From: Acidimicrobiia bacterium
Lineage (GTDB): Bacteria; Acidobacteriota; Vicinamibacteria; Vicinamibacterales; SCN-69-37
Assembly: GCA_045862915.1 (NCBI GenBank)
Contig: BTVE01000004.1
Location: 38,055-102,054 of the forward strand
Reading direction: 5' to 3'
Length of the DNA: 64,000 nt
Under the pieces are notes generated by a model. It saw nothing but the letters and a program-made list of their open reading frames with translations. It was not told the DNA's origin and searched no databases. Made by a program: the position numbers and the translations under genes. This document shows positions 48,711 to 57,952 of the stretch, in pieces; position 1 is the stretch's first letter; every line of letters starts with the position of its first letter.

Positions 48711-50075
48711 TTGCCGACGCAACATGGCCGGGTGCTGGTAGCCGACGATCAGACCGACGTGCTCAACGCCCTGCGCCTCCTGCTGGGAGGCGAAGGGTAC
48801 GACGTCACAACGGTCACGTCGCCGTCGGAACTGGTGTCCGCGCTTGAAGGGGCGGACTTCGACGTCGCCCTGATCGATCTCAACTACACGCGCGACACCA
48901 CGTCGGGGCAGGAAGGGTTCGCCCTGCTCGACCGGATGAAAGCCATCGACCCGACGTTGCCGGTGCTGGTGATGACGGGATGGAGCAGTGTGGCCGGTGC
49001 CGTCGAGGCCATGCGTCGCGGGGCCCGGGACTACATCGAGAAGCCGTGGGACGACGAGAAGCTGCTGGTGGCGGTACAGACACAACTCGAATTGCGGCGC
49101 GCGCTGCGACGCAGTCGGCGTCTGCAGGAAGAAAACGCGCGCCTGCATCGCCGTGATCTGCCAACCTTCATCGCCGCGGCGCCGTCCATGCAACAGGTGC
49201 GCGAGACGATCGAACGTGTGGCGCCATCCGACGCCACCGTGTTGATCACCGGCGAACACGGCACCGGGAAGGAAGTCGTGGCCAGCCTGCTGCATCGACT
49301 GTCCACGCGCGCACAGAAGCCGCTGGTCACGATGAACGCCGGCGGATTGTCGGAAGGTGTGGCGGAGAGTGAACTGTTCGGACACGTCAAGGGCGCGTTC
49401 ACCGATGCCCGTACGGACCGTATTGGATGTTTTGAGCTTGCGGATGAAGGCACGCTGTTCCTCGACGAAATCGCCAACATGCCGGCGCGGCTGCAGCCGA
49501 AGCTGTTGCGCGTGCTGCAGACCGGCGAAGTGCAGAAGGTCGGGTCATCACGAGTGATCTTCGTGAACGTACGCGTGCTTTCGGCCACCAATGCGGATCT
49601 GCCCGCCGAAATCGCCTCAGGGCGGTTTCGTGAAGACCTGTTGTACCGGCTGAACACGGTCGTGATCCAGTTGCCGCCGTTGCGCGAACGCCGCGAAGAC
49701 ATCCTGCCGCTGGCCGAACACTACCTGGCGCGGTACGCAGAGCGGTACAAACGTGCGCTCGACGGCTTCGACCGGTCAGCCCGGCAGGCACTCGAGAGCC
49801 ACCTGTGGCCCGGCAATGTGCGTGAACTGGCACACGCCATTGAACGCTCGGTGCTGATGGCGCAGTCGTCGCACATCACGGCTCAGGACCTCGGGCTGCA
49901 GGGTGGCGCTGCGTCCTCCGGGCCGGCGGTCGAGGACATGACGCTCGAGCAGTCCGAAAAGCAGTTCATCCAGAAGGTACTCGCCAAACACAACGGTGAC
50001 GTGCGCAAAGCGGCCGAGCAGCTGGGAGTGAGCCGGTCCGCGCTCTACAGACGTCTGCAGTACTTCGGGTTATGA
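48711..50075 (+). CDS. Sigma-54-dependent NtrC-family response regulator
   Basis: Receiver domain, AAA+ GEHGTGKEVVA, ESELFGH..GAFTDA (GAFTGA-like), C-terminal Fis HTH SRSALYRRL. TTG start per the ORF track (GTG at 48729 is an alternative). Confidence 0.9.
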   Translation: MPTQHGRVLVADDQTDVLNALRLLLGGEGYDVTTVTSPSELVSALEGADFDVALIDLNYTRDTTSGQEGFALLDRMKAIDPTLPVLVMTGWSSVAGAVEAMRRGARDYIEKPWDDEKLLVAVQTQLELRRALRRSRRLQEENARLHRRDLPTFIAAAPSMQQVRETIERVAPSDATVLITGEHGTGKEVVASLLHRLSTRAQKPLVTMNAGGLSEGVAESELFGHVKGAFTDARTDRIGCFELADEGTLFLDEIANMPARLQPKLLRVLQTGEVQKVGSSRVIFVNVRVLSATNADLPAEIASGRFREDLLYRLNTVVIQLPPLRERREDILPLAEHYLARYAERYKRALDGFDRSARQALESHLWPGNVRELAHAIERSVLMAQSSHITAQDLGLQGGAASSGPAVEDMTLEQSEKQFIQKVLAKHNGDVRKAAEQLGVSRSALYRRLQYFGL

Positions 50076-51412
50076 GCGGACGTGGAGCGCCGCAGGCGCG
50101 CAATCTCGAACTGGGACTGACGCTGCTGGTGCTGGCCGGGGGCGCCCCGGCCGTGTGTGTGTCGCTCTACTTCCTGTGGCGGCTCGATCTCACGCCCGAG
50201 GTGCGCTGGACCCTCTCGGTCGTCGTGTTGCTGGCGTGGCTCATGGCCGCCTCCGCCGCGCGGCAGATGGTCGTCCGATCGCTCAACCTGATTGCCAATC
50301 TTCTCGGTGCACTCCGCGAAGGCGACTACTCGATTCGTGGGCTCAGCGCGCGCAGCGGCAGCACGATGGCGATGGTGATGCGTGAGGTCAACGACCTCGG
50401 ATCAACCCTCCAGCGTCAACGCACCGAAGCCGTGGAATCCACGGTGTTGCTGACGCACGTCATGGAAGAGATCGGCGTCGCCGTGTTCGCGTTTGATCCC
50501 ACACACCAGCTCCTGCTTGTCAACAAGGCCGGTGAACGCCTCTTTGGCCGCGCCTCGGCGGATCTGCTGGGGTCGTCCGCCGACTCGCTCGGCGTCAACG
50601 AATACCTGACCGGGGAACCGCGACGCCTGGTCGACCGCGCCTTTGATGGCCGGCAGGGCCGCTACGAAGTGCGCCGCGCCATGTTTTATCGTGACGGCCG
50701 GCCGCACAACCTCATCGTCATTGCCGACCTGTCCCAGGCGCTGCGCGAAGAAGAACAGGCGGCCTGGCAGCGTATCGTGCGGGTGTTGTCGCACGAGATC
50801 AACAACTCGCTGACGCCGATCAAGTCGATCGCTCACTCGCTGCGTCGCATCGTTGATCGTGTGGATCCGTTTCCGCGTCAGGATGAAGTCTCGCAGGGGT
50901 TGTCGCTCATCGAGGAGCGCTCGGGCGCGCTCGGGCGGTTCCTGCGGTCGTACGCGCAACTGGCAAGGCTGCCGAAGCCGCAGCCGCGGCCGCTGCGCGT
51001 CAGTGAACTGATGTCGCGCATTGTGGAGTTGGAGAAGCGGCTGCCGGTGGTCGTGAATCCGTCGACCGATGTGGACCTGGTGGCCGACTCGGATCAGCTC
51101 GAACAGGCGCTCATCAACATCGTTCGCAACGCCGTCGACGCGTCCATCGAAACCAGCGGCGGTGTGGCTGTGGGCTGGCGCCCTGACGGTGAGTGGGTGG
51201 AGATCACGATCGACGATGAGGGCAAGGGACTGCCGGACACCTCCAACCTGTTTGTCCCGTTTTTCACGACCAAGCCCAACGGCTCGGGGATTGGCCTTGC
51301 GCTCAGCCGGCAGATTGCCGAAGCGCACGGCGGCACGATCACGCTGGCCAATCGCACGCCGCATCCCGGTTGCCGGGCCACGATCCGTCTGCCGCTGACC
51401 TCCCGCGTCTGA
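50072..51412 (+). CDS. Membrane sensor histidine kinase (HAMP/PAS-HisKA-HATPase), partner of the NtrC-like regulator
   Basis: ATGA overlap with the regulator gene. H-box SHEINNSLTPI, N-box IVRNAVDAS, G-box GSGIGLALS. Confidence 0.88.
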   Translation: MSGRGAPQARNLELGLTLLVLAGGAPAVCVSLYFLWRLDLTPEVRWTLSVVVLLAWLMAASAARQMVVRSLNLIANLLGALREGDYSIRGLSARSGSTMAMVMREVNDLGSTLQRQRTEAVESTVLLTHVMEEIGVAVFAFDPTHQLLLVNKAGERLFGRASADLLGSSADSLGVNEYLTGEPRRLVDRAFDGRQGRYEVRRAMFYRDGRPHNLIVIADLSQALREEEQAAWQRIVRVLSHEINNSLTPIKSIAHSLRRIVDRVDPFPRQDEVSQGLSLIEERSGALGRFLRSYAQLARLPKPQPRPLRVSELMSRIVELEKRLPVVVNPSTDVDLVADSDQLEQALINIVRNAVDASIETSGGVAVGWRPDGEWVEITIDDEGKGLPDTSNLFVPFFTTKPNGSGIGLALSRQIAEAHGGTITLANRTPHPGCRATIRLPLTSRV

Positions 51413-51416
51413 CGCG

Positions 51417-53957
51417 TTACTGCACGAAGCGCACGCGGTCACCTTCATTAAGTTCGGTGAGCGCCGTCGTGATGACGAGTTCGCCGACCTCGAGGCCTCC
51501 AAGCACCTGCGTCAACTCGAGGGTGCCGAGACCCGTACGAACGTCTTTGCGCACGACCCGCCCGTCGGCTCCGGCGACCAGGACGTAGGTGACGCCGTTG
51601 GCCCGCAGAATTGCGCGCGAGGGGATCACCACGGCTTCCGGAATTTCGGCGACCAGCACATCACCAATGACCGGCGTGCCGACCGCGGGTTGCGCCGGCG
51701 GGGTGCCGGCTTCAGCATCGGGATTCGCTGTCCCGGTGACGGCGGCCATCGCATTGGTGGCCAGGGGCAGCGGCAACACGACACGTGTGGTTGTCGCTTC
51801 CGGAGCCGCGGGGACAATCTGCTGGACACTGGTCTGCACCGGCGCAAATCCCAGCGGCGTGACGGTGGCCTGTTGACCGGGCACCAGCTTGCCGGCGTCC
51901 CCTATCGGCACGTCGAGGACCACCTGGACTCGTGTGGGGTCGGCCACACGCAGCACGGGATCGCCCGGGCCTCCAACGACCGTGTCGCCCTGAAAGTGCC
52001 AGCGTTTGATGACCACACCAGGGAAACGCGCGCGCACGATGTCGCGTGACGCGGCCGCCTCCAGACTGCTGACCGTGGCTTTTGTGGCGGCCAGAGCCGA
52101 TTCAGCGCCGGCCAACGCCGACTTGGCGTTGTCTACCTCGATGCGAGGTGTCAGGCCGCGCTGGAGCAGGCCGGAGAGTTCAATCACACGCGCGCGGGCG
52201 GCTTCCACCTGCGCTGAGGCGTGCGCCACTTCCAGCGTCGCCGTCTGCAGGGCGGCGGTGCGCGACGGCACCTCAAAACGCACGAGGACGTCGCCGGCCT
52301 GCACGACCTGTCCCTCTTCCACCGGCAGTTCCTGAATCGTCGCCAGTTCCGACGCGGAGACCACGAAGTCGGCATCCGGATGTGGGGCGATCTCGCCGTT
52401 GGCGGTGACGGCTGACCGCAGTACGTTCAGGCGCACGGGTTCCACCGAGACTTCGATGCTCCCGCTCAGGTCCAGCGCTGGTGGCGCCTCGTCACGGCCA
52501 CAGGCTGCCGACAGGAGCAGCAGCACCGATGCCACGGTGGCGGCCGAGGCACGCAGCGGCAGCAGCGACAGGGCGACGGTGACACCCGCGCCGATCGGCG
52601 AATACCACGGCCAGGCAATGGGGGAGAACGTGTAGGTGGCGATCACGGTGACCCAGGCCACCAGCATCGCTCCGGCCACCTGCATGGCGGGCACCCGACG
52701 ACGGAGCAAGGCGATCAGAAAGGCGCCCAGCACCGGTCCCGCGCCCAGACCCAGGACCGACAGGCCGGCGTCGAGCACGGACTGCGTGAGTCGTGTGGCC
52801 AGCAGCGCAATCGCGATTTGCACCACACCCCACACGACGGTGGCGCGGTGTGCCACGCGCAACATCTGCGCATCGTCGGCTTTCGGATTCCAGTACTTCA
52901 GGTAGAAGTCGTTGACGGTCGTGGCGGCGAGCGAGTTGATGGAGGGTGAGAGGGCGGCGGCTACGATGGCGGCGACCACAAATCCCGCGAGGCCGACCGG
53001 CACATGGTCGCGCACGAATGTCGGGATCAACATGTCGGCGCGAGACAACTCCGGCGCCGCGCCCTGCTGGTAAAACGCCGCGAGCGCCACGCCGAGCAGC
53101 AGGAACAGCCCGAACTGCAGGAAGACCAGGATGCCCGACAGGGACAGCCCCCATTGCGCTTCTCGCTGTGACCGTGCCGTCAGCAGGCGTTGTACGAGGA
53201 ACTGATCGGTGCCGTGGGTCGCGAGCGTGAGTGTGATGCCGCCGACGATGCCGGCCCAGAAGGTGTAGGCCCTGAAGAAGTTCAGATCAAAATCAAAGAC
53301 GTCAAAACGTCCAGTGGCTGCGCCGAAGTCAAAGACGCCGGCGAGTCCGGTGGGCAGGCCGGCGACGGCAAACCAGAACACGATCAGCGCGCCGGCGAGA
53401 TACACGAACATCTGGATGACGTCCGTCCAGATGACGGCAGAGGCGCCGCCGTAGAACGTGTACACGATCATCGCGACTCCGAGCACGACGATTGCCACCC
53501 ACACGGGAACACCGACCAGTGTGGCCACGACCGCCGAGGTGGCAAACAGCCGGATGCCGTCGGCAGCGCTGCGCGTGAGGAGGAACATCGCGGATCCCAG
53601 GTTGCGGACGGGTGCGCCGAACCGCTCGTGCAGCACCTCGTACGACGTCAGTAACTCGCGCGCGAAGTACTTCGGAATGAACAGCGCGGAGATCAGGAAG
53701 CGCCCGGCGATGTATCCGAGGGCCAGTTGCAGGAATGCGAAGTTGCCCGACGCGGCATAGGTCTGCGCCGGAATGCCGATGAAGGTCAGCGTGCTGGTTT
53801 CGGTGGCGACCACCGTGAAGCAGACGGCCCACCATGGCACCGTGCGGCTGATCAGGAAATATTCGGAGGCCGTGGTCTGGCGCGAGGCGAAGCTGGACCC
53901 CAGCGCAATGAGCAGCAGCAGGTAAACGCCGATGACGGCGTAGTCAAGAAGGGCCAT
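51417..53957 (-). CDS. In-frame fusion: Na+/solute symporter (SSS family, residues ~1-465) + complete HlyD-type membrane-fusion adaptor (residues ~486-846)
   Basis: N-terminal half is a polytopic SSS-like sequence (YFLISRTVPWW...ATETSTLTFIGIPAQ). The junction LLLLSAAC(486)GRDE looks like a lipobox. The C-terminal half has lipoyl halves VQAGDVLVRFE / RARFPGVV, a coiled coil, a beta-barrel and a membrane-proximal domain. No stop codon separates the halves. Confidence 0.75.
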   Translation of the reverse strand: MALLDYAVIGVYLLLLIALGSSFASRQTTASEYFLISRTVPWWAVCFTVVATETSTLTFIGIPAQTYAASGNFAFLQLALGYIAGRFLISALFIPKYFARELLTSYEVLHERFGAPVRNLGSAMFLLTRSAADGIRLFATSAVVATLVGVPVWVAIVVLGVAMIVYTFYGGASAVIWTDVIQMFVYLAGALIVFWFAVAGLPTGLAGVFDFGAATGRFDVFDFDLNFFRAYTFWAGIVGGITLTLATHGTDQFLVQRLLTARSQREAQWGLSLSGILVFLQFGLFLLLGVALAAFYQQGAAPELSRADMLIPTFVRDHVPVGLAGFVVAAIVAAALSPSINSLAATTVNDFYLKYWNPKADDAQMLRVAHRATVVWGVVQIAIALLATRLTQSVLDAGLSVLGLGAGPVLGAFLIALLRRRVPAMQVAGAMLVAWVTVIATYTFSPIAWPWYSPIGAGVTVALSLLPLRASAATVASVLLLLSAACGRDEAPPALDLSGSIEVSVEPVRLNVLRSAVTANGEIAPHPDADFVVSASELATIQELPVEEGQVVQAGDVLVRFEVPSRTAALQTATLEVAHASAQVEAARARVIELSGLLQRGLTPRIEVDNAKSALAGAESALAATKATVSSLEAAASRDIVRARFPGVVIKRWHFQGDTVVGGPGDPVLRVADPTRVQVVLDVPIGDAGKLVPGQQATVTPLGFAPVQTSVQQIVPAAPEATTTRVVLPLPLATNAMAAVTGTANPDAEAGTPPAQPAVGTPVIGDVLVAEIPEAVVIPSRAILRANGVTYVLVAGADGRVVRKDVRTGLGTLELTQVLGGLEVGELVITTALTELNEGDRVRFVQ

Positions 53958-53986
53958 ACCCGGCCTTCATTATGGTCCAGCACCTG

Positions 53987-56632
53987 CTAACGCTGCCCGG
54001 TCAGGATGTGCCGCAGCTTGATGAGCAGGTCGATGGCCGTGAACGGCTTCTGCAGGAAGTGTGCGTCGGCGGGAAGGCCTTCGCTCGACAGCACGCCGTC
54101 GGCGTAACCCGAGATGAACAACGTCCGGAGTCCCGGTCTGGAGACGCGCAGTTCCTGCACCATGGCCGGTCCGCTGCCGCCCGGCATCACGACGTCGCTG
54201 ATGACCATGTCGATCCGCTTGGCCGAGGCGGCAACCTCCAGGGCGCGCGCGGCATTGTCGGCGACGAGCAACTGGTACCCGTGGCGTTGAAGCATCTGTT
54301 GCAGCAGCTTGGCGACCCCGGGCTCGTCTTCAACCAGCAGGAGTACCTCCGAACCTCCGGGCGCCGAGGCCTCGGAGACGACCCCCGATTCGACCGCGAG
54401 CAACTTGGTGGGGCGCAGGAACACGCTGAAGGTCGAGCCTTCGTTCGGCGCGCTCTCGACGTGAATGACGCCGCCCATCTGGCGGATGATGCCGTAGACG
54501 GTCGCGAGCCCGAGTCCCGTGCCTCTGCCGAATTCCTTGGTGGTGAAGAACGGTTCGAAGATACGTGCGCGGGTTGCGGCATCCATGCCGACGCCTGTGT
54601 CCTGCACGTCGAGTCGCACCCATTCGCCCGCGCCAAGTCCCGACGCGTTGCGCGGCGTTTCGGCGATGTGCAGCGACAGCCGGACCAGCAACCGTCCGCC
54701 CTTCGGCATGGCGTCGCGCGCGTTGACCGCCAGGTTGAGCAGTACCTGCTCCATCTGCGAGCGATCCGCGAGCACGGGCGGGATGGTGCCGACGGTTTCT
54801 CCGACGACTTCGATGTGTTCACCGATGAGCCGCCGCAGCATCGGCATGAGTTCGTCGATGGCGGCAGCCAGGTCGATGACGGTCGGCTGCACGACCTGAT
54901 GTCGGCTGAAGGCCAGCAGCTGCCGCGTCAGTCCGGCCGCACGCGTCGCCGCCTTCTGAATCTCCTGCACGTAGTCGCGACGTTCGGTGTCGGCGGCTGG
55001 CAGGTCGTTGTCGAGGCAGTCGGCGTAGCCCAGGATGGCGGTGAGCAGGTTGTTGAAGTCGTGTGCGATGCCGCCGGCCAGACGGCCCAGCGCTTCCATC
55101 TTCTGACCCTGGCGCAGGCGTTCTTCCAGTTCACGACGTTCGGTCACATCGCGGGTGACGGCGACAAAGCCCTGCAGGTCATCGGGCCCGGGTTCGAGCC
55201 GGCGGATGTGCGACAGCGCAATGAACTTTGTGCCGTCGTGCCGTGTGCCCTCGTGTTCGCGCATCACGCCACCGGCACGCGCCGCCTCGGCCAGCACGCC
55301 GAGAAAGACGTCTTCCGACATCCCGAAGAGGCGGGCCGCCGGGGTATCGACGACCTCGGCTTCGGCATAACCGAACACCGCGCCGGCGCCGACAGGCCAG
55401 TTCACGATGTGTCCGTGGTGATCGACGATCAGGATGGCGTAGTCCGTGATCGTGTCGAGCATCAGGCTCATGCGTTGCTCAACCTCACGGAGGCGCCGGT
55501 CCGCCGCGCGCCGCTCCCGCTCACGCGCCTCGGTCACCAGTTGCCCGTGGTCGAGAATGCCGCCCGCATACAAGCCGAGTTGCTCGAGCAGCCGCAGGTC
55601 GTCGTTCGGGAAAAGCGACCCATGCCGCTGCACGACGCCGACGACGCCCCAGCGGCGGACTGATGAGGAAATCGGCGCCAGCAGTACCGACGTACCTGTC
55701 CGTTTCAGCCCGTCACGCAGGCGCCCGTCCAGCGCGGACAGCGGCACGATTGAGGATTCCGCGACTCGGAAGGCGATGTCGGCCGGTCCGGCCTCGGCAT
55801 CGAGGACCGTGCCTTCCAGGCTCCGGTTCGTCGCGGCCCGCACGGTGACGTCTTCGCTCGTCACTGAGTCGCGAATCGCCACGAACACGGCCGACCCGGC
55901 GGCACCACGTTGTGCCGCGCGGAGCAGATCTGCAGCGGCATGTCGGCCCCGTTCTTCAGCTTCGCGGTCGGCGGTGTCCACCAGATACCGGCCGAGTTCG
56001 TCGCGTTGCCAGGACTTGCGCAGCCATCGCGGTGTGGCGAAGGCGAGGTAGAAGGCGATCTGGGCCACGCTGGACAGGGTGCGATTGATGAGGGCCGCTG
56101 TTTCCGACGCTACGTCAAGAACGAGGGCGCCGCCAACGACAAGGTGCACACCCATCAATCCCCACGCGCCAACGGCGGCCAGGACCAGTCGGCGAGCTGT
56201 CACGCCACCAGAACGGCGTGACTCATACGTGAAAGAGACCGCAGCCAGCAACAATCCGACAAAGGCGTATGTGGAGACGAGTGAAGACAGCCACACCGGC
56301 GAGGGAAGTGACGTCGCAGTGATCAGCACCGTGAGTCCCCCTGAAGCAGACAGACCCAGCGCGACAACGGCCCGCGGGACTTCCCGGAAATGCTGAATCA
56401 GGCGGAGGAGAAAGTACGGAAGGAAGACACCAGCAGCGAGAGGAATGATGATCAGACGACCACGCCACAACCCGGCGAGGAGTGGTGAGATCAGAAGAAG
56501 CCCAACGACGGCGAGGAGAATGTCGAGTCGACGGCCGTCCCGATGCCTGGTGGCGCCGCGCGTCGCACCCCATCCGGTGAGGCACAAACACAGGCCACCC
56601 AGCATGGACAGCAACCACACGATCGCGTTCAT
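53987..56632 (-). CDS. Polytopic hybrid sensor histidine kinase (multi-TM N-domain, GAF-like, PAS, HisKA, HATPase_c, receiver)
   Basis: H-box GGIAHDFNNLLTAILGY, N-box LNLAVNARDAM, G-boxes DTGVGM / GTGLGLATV, C-terminal receiver LLLVEDEP...VISDVVMPG. Confidence 0.9.
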   Translation of the reverse strand: MNAIVWLLSMLGGLCLCLTGWGATRGATRHRDGRRLDILLAVVGLLLISPLLAGLWRGRLIIIPLAAGVFLPYFLLRLIQHFREVPRAVVALGLSASGGLTVLITATSLPSPVWLSSLVSTYAFVGLLLAAVSFTYESRRSGGVTARRLVLAAVGAWGLMGVHLVVGGALVLDVASETAALINRTLSSVAQIAFYLAFATPRWLRKSWQRDELGRYLVDTADREAEERGRHAAADLLRAAQRGAAGSAVFVAIRDSVTSEDVTVRAATNRSLEGTVLDAEAGPADIAFRVAESSIVPLSALDGRLRDGLKRTGTSVLLAPISSSVRRWGVVGVVQRHGSLFPNDDLRLLEQLGLYAGGILDHGQLVTEARERERRAADRRLREVEQRMSLMLDTITDYAILIVDHHGHIVNWPVGAGAVFGYAEAEVVDTPAARLFGMSEDVFLGVLAEAARAGGVMREHEGTRHDGTKFIALSHIRRLEPGPDDLQGFVAVTRDVTERRELEERLRQGQKMEALGRLAGGIAHDFNNLLTAILGYADCLDNDLPAADTERRDYVQEIQKAATRAAGLTRQLLAFSRHQVVQPTVIDLAAAIDELMPMLRRLIGEHIEVVGETVGTIPPVLADRSQMEQVLLNLAVNARDAMPKGGRLLVRLSLHIAETPRNASGLGAGEWVRLDVQDTGVGMDAATRARIFEPFFTTKEFGRGTGLGLATVYGIIRQMGGVIHVESAPNEGSTFSVFLRPTKLLAVESGVVSEASAPGGSEVLLLVEDEPGVAKLLQQMLQRHGYQLLVADNAARALEVAASAKRIDMVISDVVMPGGSGPAMVQELRVSRPGLRTLFISGYADGVLSSEGLPADAHFLQKPFTAIDLLIKLRHILTGQR

Positions 56633-57177
56633 TCAACACCTTTCGCGAGCAGTCGCAAGGTCTGTCGGACGTCTGCGGTCTGCGCGTCGTCGGGAATCGA
56701 AGGCCACAGGTGCAGAATCACGCCGGTGGAGTCTATCAGGAACAACAGTGGAACATGGGTGACGCGCAGCTGGCTGGCGTCGATGACAGACACGGCGTCA
56801 GCGGGAATGCCCATGTCGGCGGCAAACGCCACTTCGGGGCCACGTTCACGTTCGGTGGTCGTCAACCGCGACGGGATGCCGGCGGCAGCTGCCAGGCGGA
56901 CAAACTCCGCATACGCATGCCGGCTCTGCTGACACGCGCCGCACGTGCTCCGCGCCATCACCAGCAGCGTGTATCGCGTGGTGCGATACAGGGCAGGATC
57001 GACATCAATGACTTCTCCCACCGCGTACGCCGGTGGCAGCGGCGCTGGTTCGATGCCGGCCCGTTGCCGAAGAGAGGGGCTGACTGACAGGGCGACGGAA
57101 GCCGCCAGCCCTGCGAGGCACAACACGATGACTGCACTGATGACGCGGCTGATCACCGCGTCGGACGCGGGAGCCAC
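56629..57177 (-). CDS. Membrane-anchored TlpA/ResA-like thiol:disulfide oxidoreductase (thioredoxin fold)
   Basis: N-terminal TM anchor, CxxC motif LLVMARSTCGACQQS, cis-Pro region VTHVPLLFLIDSTGVI. 4-nt overlap with the kinase gene. Confidence 0.75.
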   Translation of the reverse strand: MAPASDAVISRVISAVIVLCLAGLAASVALSVSPSLRQRAGIEPAPLPPAYAVGEVIDVDPALYRTTRYTLLVMARSTCGACQQSRHAYAEFVRLAAAAGIPSRLTTTERERGPEVAFAADMGIPADAVSVIDASQLRVTHVPLLFLIDSTGVILHLWPSIPDDAQTADVRQTLRLLAKGVE

Positions 57178-57183
57178 GATGGG

Positions 57184-57900
57184 TTAGGTCTGGACGCCGA
57201 CCTTGCACACGCCGTCGCAGGCGTCATTGAGCAACCAGCCGCAGGCGGGCCACGAGTCATCTACCGTGCAATTGCTCGAGCCATCACACCAGGTCATCGA
57301 CATCACGTCACAGCCCCAGTCGAGGCTGCACCAGCAGTCACCTGCAGACTCGGCCTGCACGACGAACTTCGCCCGCACCCAGTCGGTGAGCCGCAGGTGG
57401 AGCGGTGCCGCATTGACCAGCATCAACGTCTGGCGGTTGCCGAGGCGGTGCATCAGGTAGTCAGCCACGTCCGGGCCAAACAACTCCGTCACGCGCTCCG
57501 CGACGATGCGTGTGGCGGCGCGAGCGTTTTCGCGACCGTCGCCATCCATGGCGGCGAACGTGAGCCGTGTGACTTCGATGGCCGCGTTCAGGGCATCCAC
57601 CTGTTCGGACGACAGTTCCGGGTGCGAGTCCCGATAGGACGTGATGTGGTCAATCCAGACCTGCGCGCGGGCTTCGTTGGAAGGCAGGCGTCGGAGGATT
57701 TCCTTGCGATACGCGAATGGGTAGTCCTGAATCTGTCTGGCAGCCAGGTCGACCTGCCGGTCGCTGAGCGCCTGCGCCCAACTCGATGCGGACTGGACTT
57801 CGCCGGTAGTCATGGCCTTGATGAGGATGAAGTCGGCCGGAAGAGTCAGCGCGGCTACCACGACGCAGAAGATGAGACGACGACGAGTGCGAGTCGACAC
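57184..57900 (-). CDS. Fulvocin-C-related bacteriocin-type precursor (signal/anchor + ~160-aa helical pro-region + 8-Cys C-terminal domain)
   Basis: GTG start 7 nt after an AAGGAG RBS. The C-terminal domain is C-x-C-x5-C-x7-C-x5-C-x8-C-x7-C-x3-C (residues 189-232, nt 57205-57336), with CWCS and ACGW..ACDG elements resembling my recollection of fulvocin C. Confidence 0.6.
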   Translation of the reverse strand: MSTRTRRRLIFCVVVAALTLPADFILIKAMTTGEVQSASSWAQALSDRQVDLAARQIQDYPFAYRKEILRRLPSNEARAQVWIDHITSYRDSHPELSSEQVDALNAAIEVTRLTFAAMDGDGRENARAATRIVAERVTELFGPDVADYLMHRLGNRQTLMLVNAAPLHLRLTDWVRAKFVVQAESAGDCWCSLDWGCDVMSMTWCDGSSNCTVDDSWPACGWLLNDACDGVCKVGVQT

Positions 57901-57920
57901 GGGAACGCTCCTTGCGTTGG

Positions 57921-57940
57921 GGACGGCCGCGGGGCCGTCC
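57921..57940 (-). other. Perfect GC stem-loop (GGACGGCC-GCGG-GGCCGTCC) in the 5' leader of the bacteriocin-like gene
   Basis: 8-bp perfect inverted repeat with a 4-nt loop, read directly. It lies between the predicted -10 element and the RBS, and no U-tract follows on either strand. Confidence 0.5.
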
Positions 57941-57952
57941 GATCTGGCGGGT

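Noticed and set aside
57921-57940. The GC hairpin considered as a rho-independent terminator of the upstream DUF885 gene.
   Set aside because: No U-tract follows on the minus strand. The hairpin also lies downstream of the predicted -10 element of the next operon, so it is more consistent with a 5' leader structure. It is kept only as a structural feature.
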